From positions 102,542 through 166,541 of the forward strand of contig JAKIVS010000001.1 of the NCBI GenBank assembly GCA_022750435.1: a stretch of 64,000 nt of DNA, read 5' to 3'. Position numbers and translations under genes: made by a program. Below the pieces are notes generated by a model. The model worked only from the letters and a program-made list of their open reading frames with translations, made no database searches and was not told where the DNA came from. Of the stretch, positions 54,985 through 62,831 are shown piece after piece; position 1 is the first letter of the stretch, and each line of letters opens with the position of its first letter. The DNA comes from Thermoplasmata archaeon (GTDB lineage Archaea; Thermoplasmatota; Thermoplasmata; Lutacidiplasmatales; UBA184).

Positions 54985-55700
54985 GCGAGTACCTGGAAGA
55001 GCTGGCCACGGAACGCGCGATGAAGGACCAGTTCATGTCGCGCCACGCCGAGTCCCCGTTCGTCCAGGGCTCCGTCTACGAATTCCGGGGTCTGAAGTAC
55101 TTCCCTCCCGACGAGAAGCTCCGCGTTCGCGCGACGCTCGAGCGCCTCCCGGAGCCGAAGGAGGCGTTCCTCCGCACCAACCGGGACGGACAGGCGGCGA
55201 TGCGATGGGTCGGCGAACTCCTCTTCACCATCGGGAGCCGCAAACTCCGACTTCGGGTCTACCATGCCGGCGAGGGAGTTGGAACGTCGGTGTTCGTCCC
55301 GTTCCGCGACGGCACGAGCGGCCAGGAGAGCTACGGCCCGGGGCGCTACCTCACGCTGGAGCTCAACGAGACCGACGCGTACGAACTCGATTTCAATCGC
55401 GCCTTCAACCCGTACTGCGCCTACACGGACGCGTACGAGTGCGGTTTCCCCCCGGCGGAGAACGACCTGCCGGTCCCGGTTCGTGCCGGGGAAAAGGTCT
55501 GGTCGACGGAGCACAACCCGCGTACGCCGTCCAGCGCCGTGATCGCCCTGCTTCCCCCCCGACCCCCAGCGAAGGGTGCGGCGACCGCGCCGACGAAGCC
55601 GCGGGCGAAGGCGATCCCCGCGAAGGTCCGAGGGAAGAAGGCGACCAAGAAGCCCGCTCCCCGGTCGGCGAAGCCGAAGGCGTCGAAGCGCCGCCGCTGA
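54981..55700 (+). CDS. DUF1684-family protein with Lys/Ala/Pro-rich basic C-terminal tail
   Basis: FRDGTSGQESYGPGRYL...DFNRAFNPYCAY matches DUF1684. ATGA overlap with the amidase. The last 45 aa or so are K/A/P/R-rich. Confidence 0.75.
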   Translation: MSEYLEELATERAMKDQFMSRHAESPFVQGSVYEFRGLKYFPPDEKLRVRATLERLPEPKEAFLRTNRDGQAAMRWVGELLFTIGSRKLRLRVYHAGEGVGTSVFVPFRDGTSGQESYGPGRYLTLELNETDAYELDFNRAFNPYCAYTDAYECGFPPAENDLPVPVRAGEKVWSTEHNPRTPSSAVIALLPPRPPAKGAATAPTKPRAKAIPAKVRGKKATKKPAPRSAKPKASKRRR

Positions 55701-56333
55701 TCAGAGGTGCGGGGCGACCGCGAAGATCCCGTCCAGAACGAACTGGACCCCGACCGCGGCGAGCAGCAGCCCGAGGACGCGCGTCATCGCCATGACGCCG
55801 ACCCGGCCGAGATAGTGAAGGATCGCGGGCCCGTACCGGAGGGTGAGGAACGTGGCCACGGTCGTGATCGCGATCGCCACGAACGTCGCTAGGATGGAGA
55901 GTGGGTCCGAGCCGGCCGATCCCTCGTAGATCATCACCGTCGAGATCGCTCCCGGTCCAGCGAGGAGCGGGACGCCGATCGGAACGATTGCCACCTCGTC
56001 GCGGCGGGTGAGTGCGTCGGCGCGGTCCGCGTCCGCCAGCCGGGTGCGCGTCAGTTCGCCGTTCAGCATCTCGAAGGCGACCCAGAAGAGGAGGATGCCG
56101 CCGGCGATCTCGAACGCACCCAGCGTGAAGCCGAAGGCGGCGAAGACAAACCGGCCGGCGACGGCGAAGAGCGTGAGCACGGTGGCCAGGACGGCGACCG
56201 CCCGGCGGAGGACGACCTCGCGGTCTGCCTCCGGAAACCCCTCGGTGAGGGCCACGAAGAACGGGAGCGTGCCGATCGGGTCGACGATGGCGAAGACGCT
56301 GACGACGACCGCGACGAAGAACCCGATCTCCAC
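55701..56333 (-). CDS. MarC-family (UPF0056) integral membrane protein
   Basis: FAIVDPIGTLPFF N-terminal signature, six TM segments. Its stop abuts the DUF1684 stop (TGATCA). Confidence 0.8.
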   Translation of the reverse strand: MEIGFFVAVVVSVFAIVDPIGTLPFFVALTEGFPEADREVVLRRAVAVLATVLTLFAVAGRFVFAAFGFTLGAFEIAGGILLFWVAFEMLNGELTRTRLADADRADALTRRDEVAIVPIGVPLLAGPGAISTVMIYEGSAGSDPLSILATFVAIAITTVATFLTLRYGPAILHYLGRVGVMAMTRVLGLLLAAVGVQFVLDGIFAVAPHL

Positions 56334-56392
56334 GCGCTGACCTCCGAAGTCGGCCGACGCGGTCCGGGGTATAGGCTCTCCGAGGCGACGGC

Positions 56393-56884
56393 GTGCGGCG
56401 CTCGAGGCAAGGGGGGACGAGGAGTGTGAGGCCGGAGGGACTATCTACCCGGTCCGAGGCTTCTCTCCTCGTGCCCGGCGCGGACGCCCGCGACCCGTCC
56501 GGGGCGGAGCGCCACTACAAAGGCTACCGGGTCTACGCCTACATCGCGCTCTCCCGGCTGTTCGGGGAGCTGAATCTCGACCTCGAGCAGGAGGGCTTGC
56601 CGGAGCGCGTTCGGGAGGCCCTCGTCCGGTACCAGGGCCGGGTCACGAAGGAGGAGATCCTCCATGCCATCCGCTCGAACTCCCACATGACGGAGAAGGT
56701 CCTAGCCTACCTGGCCACGGAAGGATTCGCGGAGGTCCGGCGTGACGAACACGGATACGACATCCGCATCACGCCGACCGGGGCCGAGCATCTGCGGCGC
56801 TACCATCGGCTCTATCGGGAGCTCTACGGGCGGGAGCTCGCCGAACACTACCGGTTCGTCCGCTCTCCCGAGTGGCTCGGGTGA
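56393..56884 (+). CDS. Hypothetical winged-helix (MarR-like) protein
   Basis: TKEEILHAIRSNSHMTEKVLAYLATEGFAEVRRDEHGYDIRITPTG is wHTH-like. GTG start about 21 nt after TATA GTATAGG (56369-56375). Confidence 0.5.
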   Translation: MRRSRQGGTRSVRPEGLSTRSEASLLVPGADARDPSGAERHYKGYRVYAYIALSRLFGELNLDLEQEGLPERVREALVRYQGRVTKEEILHAIRSNSHMTEKVLAYLATEGFAEVRRDEHGYDIRITPTGAEHLRRYHRLYRELYGRELAEHYRFVRSPEWLG

Positions 56885-56896
56885 CCTGGCGTTGTC

Positions 56897-57709
56897 CTAT
56901 GGGACCCCGAGGACGTACGGCACGAAGTCGTACGTCCCGTCCGGGCCCTCGGTCACAATCTCCGTGGTGACCCGATAGCGCGCAAATCCCCGGGAGAGGA
57001 ATGCCGGCCGACCGACGGCCCATTCGTAGACGTCCTCCGGGATCGGCACGGCGCCGGTGCGCAGGAGGATGAGTCGTACGGGCGGCGCCGAGAGCCGGGA
57101 CACGATGCTCTGGGCATCGGCCGCCAGCTTGGCGAGGTCCGCCGTCGTCGGGGCCTCGGGCCCGAGGCGCGCGAGCACCGCGAAGCCGCTGTCCCCGCGG
57201 CCCGCCAACCGCCAGAGGAGACCGCCGGGTTTCTCAATCAGAAGCTCGAACGCGATGGAAGAACCGTGCCCCGAGAACTCCGTACGGTAGCGGAGCGCCT
57301 CGGGATGTTCCTTCAACAGCGATTCGATGGCGGGGCTCGTTTGCGCCATGTATCGGGCGAGCCTCTCGACGGGAGTCCGTCCGGCGGGGACTCGGACGAC
57401 CGGGTCGGCCTCGCGGAGCAATCGGATGGCACGGTGGCGCATCACGAACGACCGGAAGAATCCGTCCGTCTCCCGGAGCAGCGAGAGGCCGATCACCCCG
57501 GCAATGAGCCCAATCACCGAGAGGATGGCCAGCGTGAGGTTGCTGCCCAGCGTGATCAGGGTCACGAACGCGAGCAGTACGATCCACAGGACGAGGATCG
57601 TCGCCGTGTATCGATACATCCGGCGCACGGTCGGGGCGAGCTGGGCCACCCGGTCGGAGAGGTCAAAGATCGCCGAGATCGGGTCCTCGACGCCCCGGGG
57701 CTGGCTCAC
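56897..57709 (-). CDS. Hypothetical membrane protein (2 TM plus cytoplasmic domain)
   Basis: Two TM helices (ILVLWIVLLAFVTLITL, LAILSVIGLIAGVIGLSLL). TATA-like GGTTTATCTATCC about 25-30 nt upstream. Confidence 0.55.
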   Translation of the reverse strand: MSQPRGVEDPISAIFDLSDRVAQLAPTVRRMYRYTATILVLWIVLLAFVTLITLGSNLTLAILSVIGLIAGVIGLSLLRETDGFFRSFVMRHRAIRLLREADPVVRVPAGRTPVERLARYMAQTSPAIESLLKEHPEALRYRTEFSGHGSSIAFELLIEKPGGLLWRLAGRGDSGFAVLARLGPEAPTTADLAKLAADAQSIVSRLSAPPVRLILLRTGAVPIPEDVYEWAVGRPAFLSRGFARYRVTTEIVTEGPDGTYDFVPYVLGVP

Positions 57710-57840
57710 ACCGTTCGCTCGCGGCCCGGATAGATAAACCCCGCAGAAACACCGCGCTCTCCCCCCCGCCCGGCCCCGGGACTGGACCGACCGAGCTGCG
57801 CCTGAATCGAAACGACTTCATCTGGGACGAACGAGAGTAC

Positions 57841-59361
57841 ATGATCGGGGAACGGCGGATGGACGGGAGCGTAACCAGTTCCATCGCCCTCTCGGTCCGA
57901 CGCCGGACCCGCGCCCTATGGACCGACGTGCACCTCTCGTTGCGTCGTCCCTCCACAGAGATCGCTCGACGTCGCCGTCGCCGCTGGCTCGCGACGGGCG
58001 CCGTGGTGTGCGCGGTCCTTCTCGTCGTCGCTGGCGTCTACGTCGTGACCCTGCCCCCGCCTCTTCCGTTTCACGAACTGTGGTCGAAGACGCTTGCTGG
58101 AAACTCGTACGGCCAGGGCGTCGGGATCGGCGGCCTCTTCGTGACCTACTCGTACACGGCCGGGGCGTTGACCAATCTGACCGGATCGGCGGACGTGCAG
58201 ACGGCGGACCTGACGTTCCAGATGGAGGGGATCGACCTCGTCTCGGGTACGGTCCTCTGGACGTCGTCGTTCGTGCTCTGGGGGGTCGTCGACGCGCCCC
58301 CCGATTTCCTTCCCCGGATGGTGGCCGCGGGGTCGGATGCGGCACTCGCCGTCTCCTGGGGCGGGACCTCCGGGGCGAACCTGACGGTCGTCACGGTGGA
58401 CGCCTCGACGGGGGATCGGCTCGCAGACTGGACGGTCGCGATCCCGGGCTGGGCGAGCACCGTCGCCTCGCAAGAGATCGCGACCGCCAACGGAACGCTC
58501 GTCACCTGGCTCCCCGAGACCCTCACCTCCCCGACCCCGCTCCTCCTCGTCGGCTACAATGTCACCACGGGGGCCCGCGCGTGGAACGACTCGGTTCCCA
58601 TCCCGCTGACGCTCGACGGATGGGGACTGGGCATCTCTTCCGCGGCCCAGGACGGGAGCACGCTGGAAATCTCGGTGACCCCCGCCGGTGGCCCCGCGTG
58701 GCTCCTCGGGGTCGCCGGAAATGCGGGAACGGTCCTCGGCGAGAGGCTGTACAACGGGTCGGCCGACATCTCCCGGGGAGTGGCCGGCGCGGGCAACTTC
58801 TACTTCCTGAACAGTTCCGCCGGCGGACTGCTCATCGATGGATTCAATCTGAGTTTGGGCACGAACCTGACCCCCATCCCGGTGGACAACGTCCGCGACG
58901 GCTCCGCCGGCTCGGCGGCCCTGTTCGCGGTCGACGGGGTCCTCCTCGTCGCCTCGTACTCGAACGACCTCTCGTACGCCGCCTACGACCCCGGGGGCCG
59001 GATGCTCTGGATCTCGGAGTTTCCGAACGCCACGTCGTGCGGCCAGCCCGACTTCTCGGCGTTGGGCCCCTGCGCGACCGACCTGAGCCCTCCCCTGTCT
59101 CTCGGGAACGGAGTCGTCCTCGTGAGCTCCTACGCCAGCCTCGCCTCCGTGGGAAACGCCTACCTCGACACCTACCGCGCCATCGACGTCTCGAGTGGAT
59201 TCGTGGACTGGTCGGCGAACTACTCGCTCACCTTCGGCTACCAGTTCTGGCCCTGGCAGGGTCCCGAACCGCTCGTCTCCGTCCAGAGCACCGCGGGGCC
59301 CTACGTTCTCTATGCCGTCGTCTCCCCAAGCTCCATTTCCCTGGAGGGCGGGACCACCTAG
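57841..59361 (+). CDS. Membrane-anchored PQQ-like/BamB-like beta-propeller repeat protein
   Basis: Arg-rich N-terminus plus TM. Repeats of the type DLVSGTVLWTS, DASTGDRLADW, NVTTGARAWN, DPGGRMLWIS, DVSSGFVDWS. Confidence 0.55.
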   Translation: MIGERRMDGSVTSSIALSVRRRTRALWTDVHLSLRRPSTEIARRRRRRWLATGAVVCAVLLVVAGVYVVTLPPPLPFHELWSKTLAGNSYGQGVGIGGLFVTYSYTAGALTNLTGSADVQTADLTFQMEGIDLVSGTVLWTSSFVLWGVVDAPPDFLPRMVAAGSDAALAVSWGGTSGANLTVVTVDASTGDRLADWTVAIPGWASTVASQEIATANGTLVTWLPETLTSPTPLLLVGYNVTTGARAWNDSVPIPLTLDGWGLGISSAAQDGSTLEISVTPAGGPAWLLGVAGNAGTVLGERLYNGSADISRGVAGAGNFYFLNSSAGGLLIDGFNLSLGTNLTPIPVDNVRDGSAGSAALFAVDGVLLVASYSNDLSYAAYDPGGRMLWISEFPNATSCGQPDFSALGPCATDLSPPLSLGNGVVLVSSYASLASVGNAYLDTYRAIDVSSGFVDWSANYSLTFGYQFWPWQGPEPLVSVQSTAGPYVLYAVVSPSSISLEGGTT

Positions 59362-59528
59362 GACCGACGAACGTCGCCCTAATGGGTCGGCCGACTCGGA
59401 GGGACGCGTAGGGTCCAGGCGACGACGCACCGGCCGTCCGCACCGGGAGCGGGCCCAGAGGTTCCCGGATTTCCCCTGAGATAAACCCCTCCGAAACACT
59501 CCATCGGCCGAATCGTGCGTGCGGCGGG

Positions 59529-60992
59529 ATGGGTACGCCCGCGCTGGTGGGGCTGGTGAGCCCCATGGGAACCCCCGAACGCCCTACGGCGCGACCGCCC
59601 CCGTCGACCGAGCCCTGCCGACGAGGCCTCCGTCGGTCGACCATCGTGGCGACCGCGCTGGTCACCGTCGCCCTGGCCCTGCTCGTCCTGCCGCTCCCCG
59701 CGGCGTCCGCCGGAGCGGTCCGGACGACGGCCGCCGCTCCCGCCCCCGGCCCGAGTGAGTCCTGGGCCTGGGGGGCGCTTGCCAACTTCTCCGCGTCGAT
59801 CGAGTACGTGGGCGCGTACAACAACTCCCAGAACCTGACCGGTGGGAACTGGACCAGTTCCGGCGCCTACGTGGCGATGCAGGAGTCCGTCGGGGTCGAG
59901 TTTGGCGCGTACGTCCTCGTCAACGCATCGACTCCGTCGAACGGAACGCGCTACGTGCAGGTCGACGCCGCCGAGCTCCGGGCGGAGCACATCGCGGTGG
60001 CGGCCTCCGGAACGTTCCCGGTCGCCGGAAACTACACCGCGAACGCCTCGATCCCCCTGGCGCCGCTCAACTTCTCGTTGGCAGCGACCGTCGCGGTCCT
60101 CGACGTGGCCGCGGCGTACTTGAACTTCTCGACGGGACCGAACGGCTCGCTCGCTCTCGCGAACGAGCATGTGGAGTACGCCGAGGGGGTCAACATCTCA
60201 CTCGACGCGCAGCAGTTCCCGAACGTGACTCGCGACGCCGCCGGCGACGTGGGCATCCGGTACGTCACGGAGTCGATCGCCGCGAGCGCCTGGGTCTTCG
60301 AGAATCTCTCGGCCACGTTCTCGCCCGCCCTCCCCCTCGTGGAGGGACCGTTGTTCGTCGGGAAAACGTGGAACGGCACGTCCACCGCGTCGTTCAATGG
60401 GTCGGTCGCCTGGGCCGAGACGGTCCACGCAACCACCGCGAGCGGGACCACCGGTGCGTTCTCGACGTCCGGTACGGCCTCGGCCCGCGCGACCGTCCCG
60501 GTCGCGCTGCAGTGCGGCGTCACCGGAACGGCCGTGGTCCGCTACCCGAACGGCACGCCGGAGACCGACGACGTGATCGCGTGCACCAACGCGACGGGCG
60601 CGGCGGCGTCCCTCTCGACGAACGGCTTGGTCGTCCTCCCGACGACCAACTCGACCGCGACCGGCGGACTTGCGTCCACGGTCCCGGTGCACGCCGCGAC
60701 CGCCCCGGCCGCCCCGAACGCTCGCGCCGAGGGCGCCAGCCTGTATTCGCCGTCGCGACAGATGGCGACCTCCGAGCGGGCCTCACCGGCCTCCGGCGAT
60801 CAGGTCACGGCGAGCCCGATGTCGGTCGCCGACGCGAAGGCGGCGATGCACGCCCTTGGAGCCCCTGTGCGCCCGGTTCCGGTGCATCCGGAGGGCCCCG
60901 AGCTCGCGGCCATCGCCGTGGTGGTCGATGCGGTGATCCTCGTCGTGGGCGCCTTGGTGGTACTCGCCCGCCGGCAGCGGCTCCGCGCGTAG
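59529..60992 (+). CDS. Hypothetical surface glycoprotein candidate with C-terminal TM anchor
   Basis: Signal anchor, more than 20 N-x-S/T sequons, C-terminal TM plus RRQRLRA tail. No family recognised. Confidence 0.55.
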   Translation: MGTPALVGLVSPMGTPERPTARPPPSTEPCRRGLRRSTIVATALVTVALALLVLPLPAASAGAVRTTAAAPAPGPSESWAWGALANFSASIEYVGAYNNSQNLTGGNWTSSGAYVAMQESVGVEFGAYVLVNASTPSNGTRYVQVDAAELRAEHIAVAASGTFPVAGNYTANASIPLAPLNFSLAATVAVLDVAAAYLNFSTGPNGSLALANEHVEYAEGVNISLDAQQFPNVTRDAAGDVGIRYVTESIAASAWVFENLSATFSPALPLVEGPLFVGKTWNGTSTASFNGSVAWAETVHATTASGTTGAFSTSGTASARATVPVALQCGVTGTAVVRYPNGTPETDDVIACTNATGAAASLSTNGLVVLPTTNSTATGGLASTVPVHAATAPAAPNARAEGASLYSPSRQMATSERASPASGDQVTASPMSVADAKAAMHALGAPVRPVPVHPEGPELAAIAVVVDAVILVVGALVVLARRQRLRA

Positions 60993-61015
60993 GACGAGAC
61001 GACGAACCCTTTCCC

Positions 61016-61039
61016 GGGGGAGGGGACCGCCCCTCCCCC
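61016..61039. terminator. Perfect 10-bp G/C hairpin (GGGGGAGGGG-ACCG-CCCCTCCCCC) between convergent genes
   Basis: Read directly. 24 nt after the stop at 60992 and 78 nt from the minus-strand stop at 61117. Confidence 0.4.
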
Positions 61040-61116
61040 ACACTTCGAGGGGGGGAGGAGACTGGACCGAGAAAAACCAAGGAGAAGGGGTTGGTGCGGA
61101 GAGAACGGAGCGACCC

Positions 61117-61275
61117 TTACGGGTGCTTCGCCATCTTCAGGACGGCTTCCTGCGTGAAGTCCTCGTTGTGCTTGTGCTTGCCGTGCCACTGCACCAGCGC
61201 GACCAGCTCGTGCTGGTCTCCCGAGACGACTTCGAATCCGTCCGCGCACGCGACCTTCCACTTTCCACAGCCCAT
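61117..61275 (-). CDS. DUF1059-family small protein
   Basis: MGCGKWKVACADGFEVVSGDQHELVALVQWHGKHKHNEDFTQE fits the DUF1059 pattern (C..G..C......eEl...v..H....H). GGAGG 5-9 nt upstream of ATG 61275. Confidence 0.6.
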   Translation of the reverse strand: MGCGKWKVACADGFEVVSGDQHELVALVQWHGKHKHNEDFTQEAVLKMAKHP

Positions 61276-61374
61276 GTTCGTTCCTCCCCGTCTGAGACGG
61301 GCAACGTTCCATGCCCGCCGGGGGGGTGAACCCTTGTAACCCGCGAGTACCACAACTCGGAGGTCGTCCGAGCG

Positions 61375-61881
61375 CTACGGCTTCGGGACGCCGGCGGTCC
61401 CCCGGCTCGCGCCGCCGGCTCGGGGGAGCGACTCGTCCGCGGGGCGGCCGAGGAACGTCCGTTTCGCCGCCGTCACATGGGCGCCGGGACGGATCGAGTC
61501 GACGACCTGGAGGACCCGGCCGTCGGCGTCGAGGAGGAACGTGACCCGTCGGGCGTGGCCGAAGGCTCCGAGGACCTCGAAGCGGCGGGCGATCGCCTGG
61601 TCGCCGTCGGCGACGAGCGGGAACGGCAGCGAGCAGGTCTCCAGGAACGCGCGCTGGTCGCTGAGCGAGTCGACCGAGACGCCGACGATGGAGACTCCCC
61701 GCTCCTTCAAGGCCGGGTGCTCCTTCGCGAAGCCGATCGACTCGTACGTGCAGCCGAGGCTCCCGGCCCGGGGATAGAAGTAGAGGATCACGGGGCCACC
61801 GCGGAGCGAGGAGAGGCGAAAGCCGGAGCCCTGCGTGGAGATTCCCTCGAAGTCGGGGGCGACGTCCCCGGGCTGAATCAT
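61375..61881 (-). CDS. bcp: Peroxiredoxin, Bcp/PrxQ type
   Basis: GDVAPDF, ILYFYPRAGSLGCTYE (peroxidatic Cys), VGVSVDS, FPLVAD. Confidence 0.85.
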   Translation of the reverse strand: MIQPGDVAPDFEGISTQGSGFRLSSLRGGPVILYFYPRAGSLGCTYESIGFAKEHPALKERGVSIVGVSVDSLSDQRAFLETCSLPFPLVADGDQAIARRFEVLGAFGHARRVTFLLDADGRVLQVVDSIRPGAHVTAAKRTFLGRPADESLPRAGGASRGTAGVPKP

Positions 61882-61902
61882 CAGCCGAAGACGGTTTTGC
61901 TC

Positions 61903-62781
61903 CTACTTGAACCCCGGGGGCGTCGCCGGGGATGCCGCACCCCGCAGCCCGGGTTCGCTCTCGAAGATTCGCGTCATCTCCTCGGCGGCGAGGGACGGAA
62001 AGGAGGCGGGGTTCGCGAATTCCTCGAACTGTCGAAGGTCCCGGACCCGGACCGAGGGGACGGCCCCGAGGGCTTGCACGAAGCCGACGGCGGCCTGTGG
62101 GAGGGTCCGTCGGTGGCCGGCGGTCAGGAACCCGAGGGGAAGCAGCGGCGCGTAGGCGCGCTGCAATTCGGCCAGCCCGAGGGGGCGCGGTGGTCCGTCG
62201 TTGGCCAGGGATCCCTCCGCGAGCCACCGTCCGTCGAGCCGCCCATCGGCATGCGGGTTCGTCACGAGCGCCTGCGCCCCCGCGGTGCGGACCACCTCGA
62301 CCACGGCATGCGTTCTCCGGGCCTCGAGCAGATGCCCGGGGAAGGAGACCCACGAGGCCCCGGCCCGCACGCACCGTTCGCTCCCCGCCTCGGCGAGGGA
62401 AATGTCCCGAAATCGCACCCCGGACCCCGTGATCGACCCGGACGGCGGAGCGCGGAGGAAGTCGCTTCCCTCGACGAACCGAACGATCCTGTCCGGCCGG
62501 GCCACTCCGACGGAATCGGAACCGGACGGGCTCGTGGCCGTCACGAAGGCCATGGCGTCGACCCAGGGAGGTCCCGCCGCGGCCGCGACGAGATCCCAGC
62601 ACCGGAGCGGTTCGGGCGCCTCGGTGAGGTCGAACATGAGGATGCCCCGGCCGACCGCCGCCCGCACGACCGCCGACAGCCGGGACGCGACGGTTCCGGT
62701 GGCGTCGAGCGGCGTGGGGCCAAGGGAAATCGCGAGCCTCGGTGGTTCTCTCGTCGAAACCGGCGCGCCGTCGGGGGTCAT
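61903..62781 (-). CDS. Divergent aldo/keto-reductase-like protein
   Basis: Weak AKR pattern (GILMFDLTEA; C-terminal PQAAVGFVQALGAVPSVRVRDLRQFEE). Leaderless start 26 nt from the shared TATA. Confidence 0.45.
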   Translation of the reverse strand: MTPDGAPVSTREPPRLAISLGPTPLDATGTVASRLSAVVRAAVGRGILMFDLTEAPEPLRCWDLVAAAAGPPWVDAMAFVTATSPSGSDSVGVARPDRIVRFVEGSDFLRAPPSGSITGSGVRFRDISLAEAGSERCVRAGASWVSFPGHLLEARRTHAVVEVVRTAGAQALVTNPHADGRLDGRWLAEGSLANDGPPRPLGLAELQRAYAPLLPLGFLTAGHRRTLPQAAVGFVQALGAVPSVRVRDLRQFEEFANPASFPSLAAEEMTRIFESEPGLRGAASPATPPGFK

Positions 62782-62800
62782 TTCGCCCCGGATGGGGGGC

Positions 62801-62812
62801 TTCCTTTATCGG
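62801..62812. promoter_or_regulatory. Single shared TATA box (TTCCTTTATCGG) for two divergent leaderless genes
   Basis: Centre near 62807 is 26 nt from ATG 62781 (-) and 25 nt from GTG 62832 (+). Confidence 0.5.
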
Positions 62813-62831
62813 TCTGGCGGTACGGAAGCGT

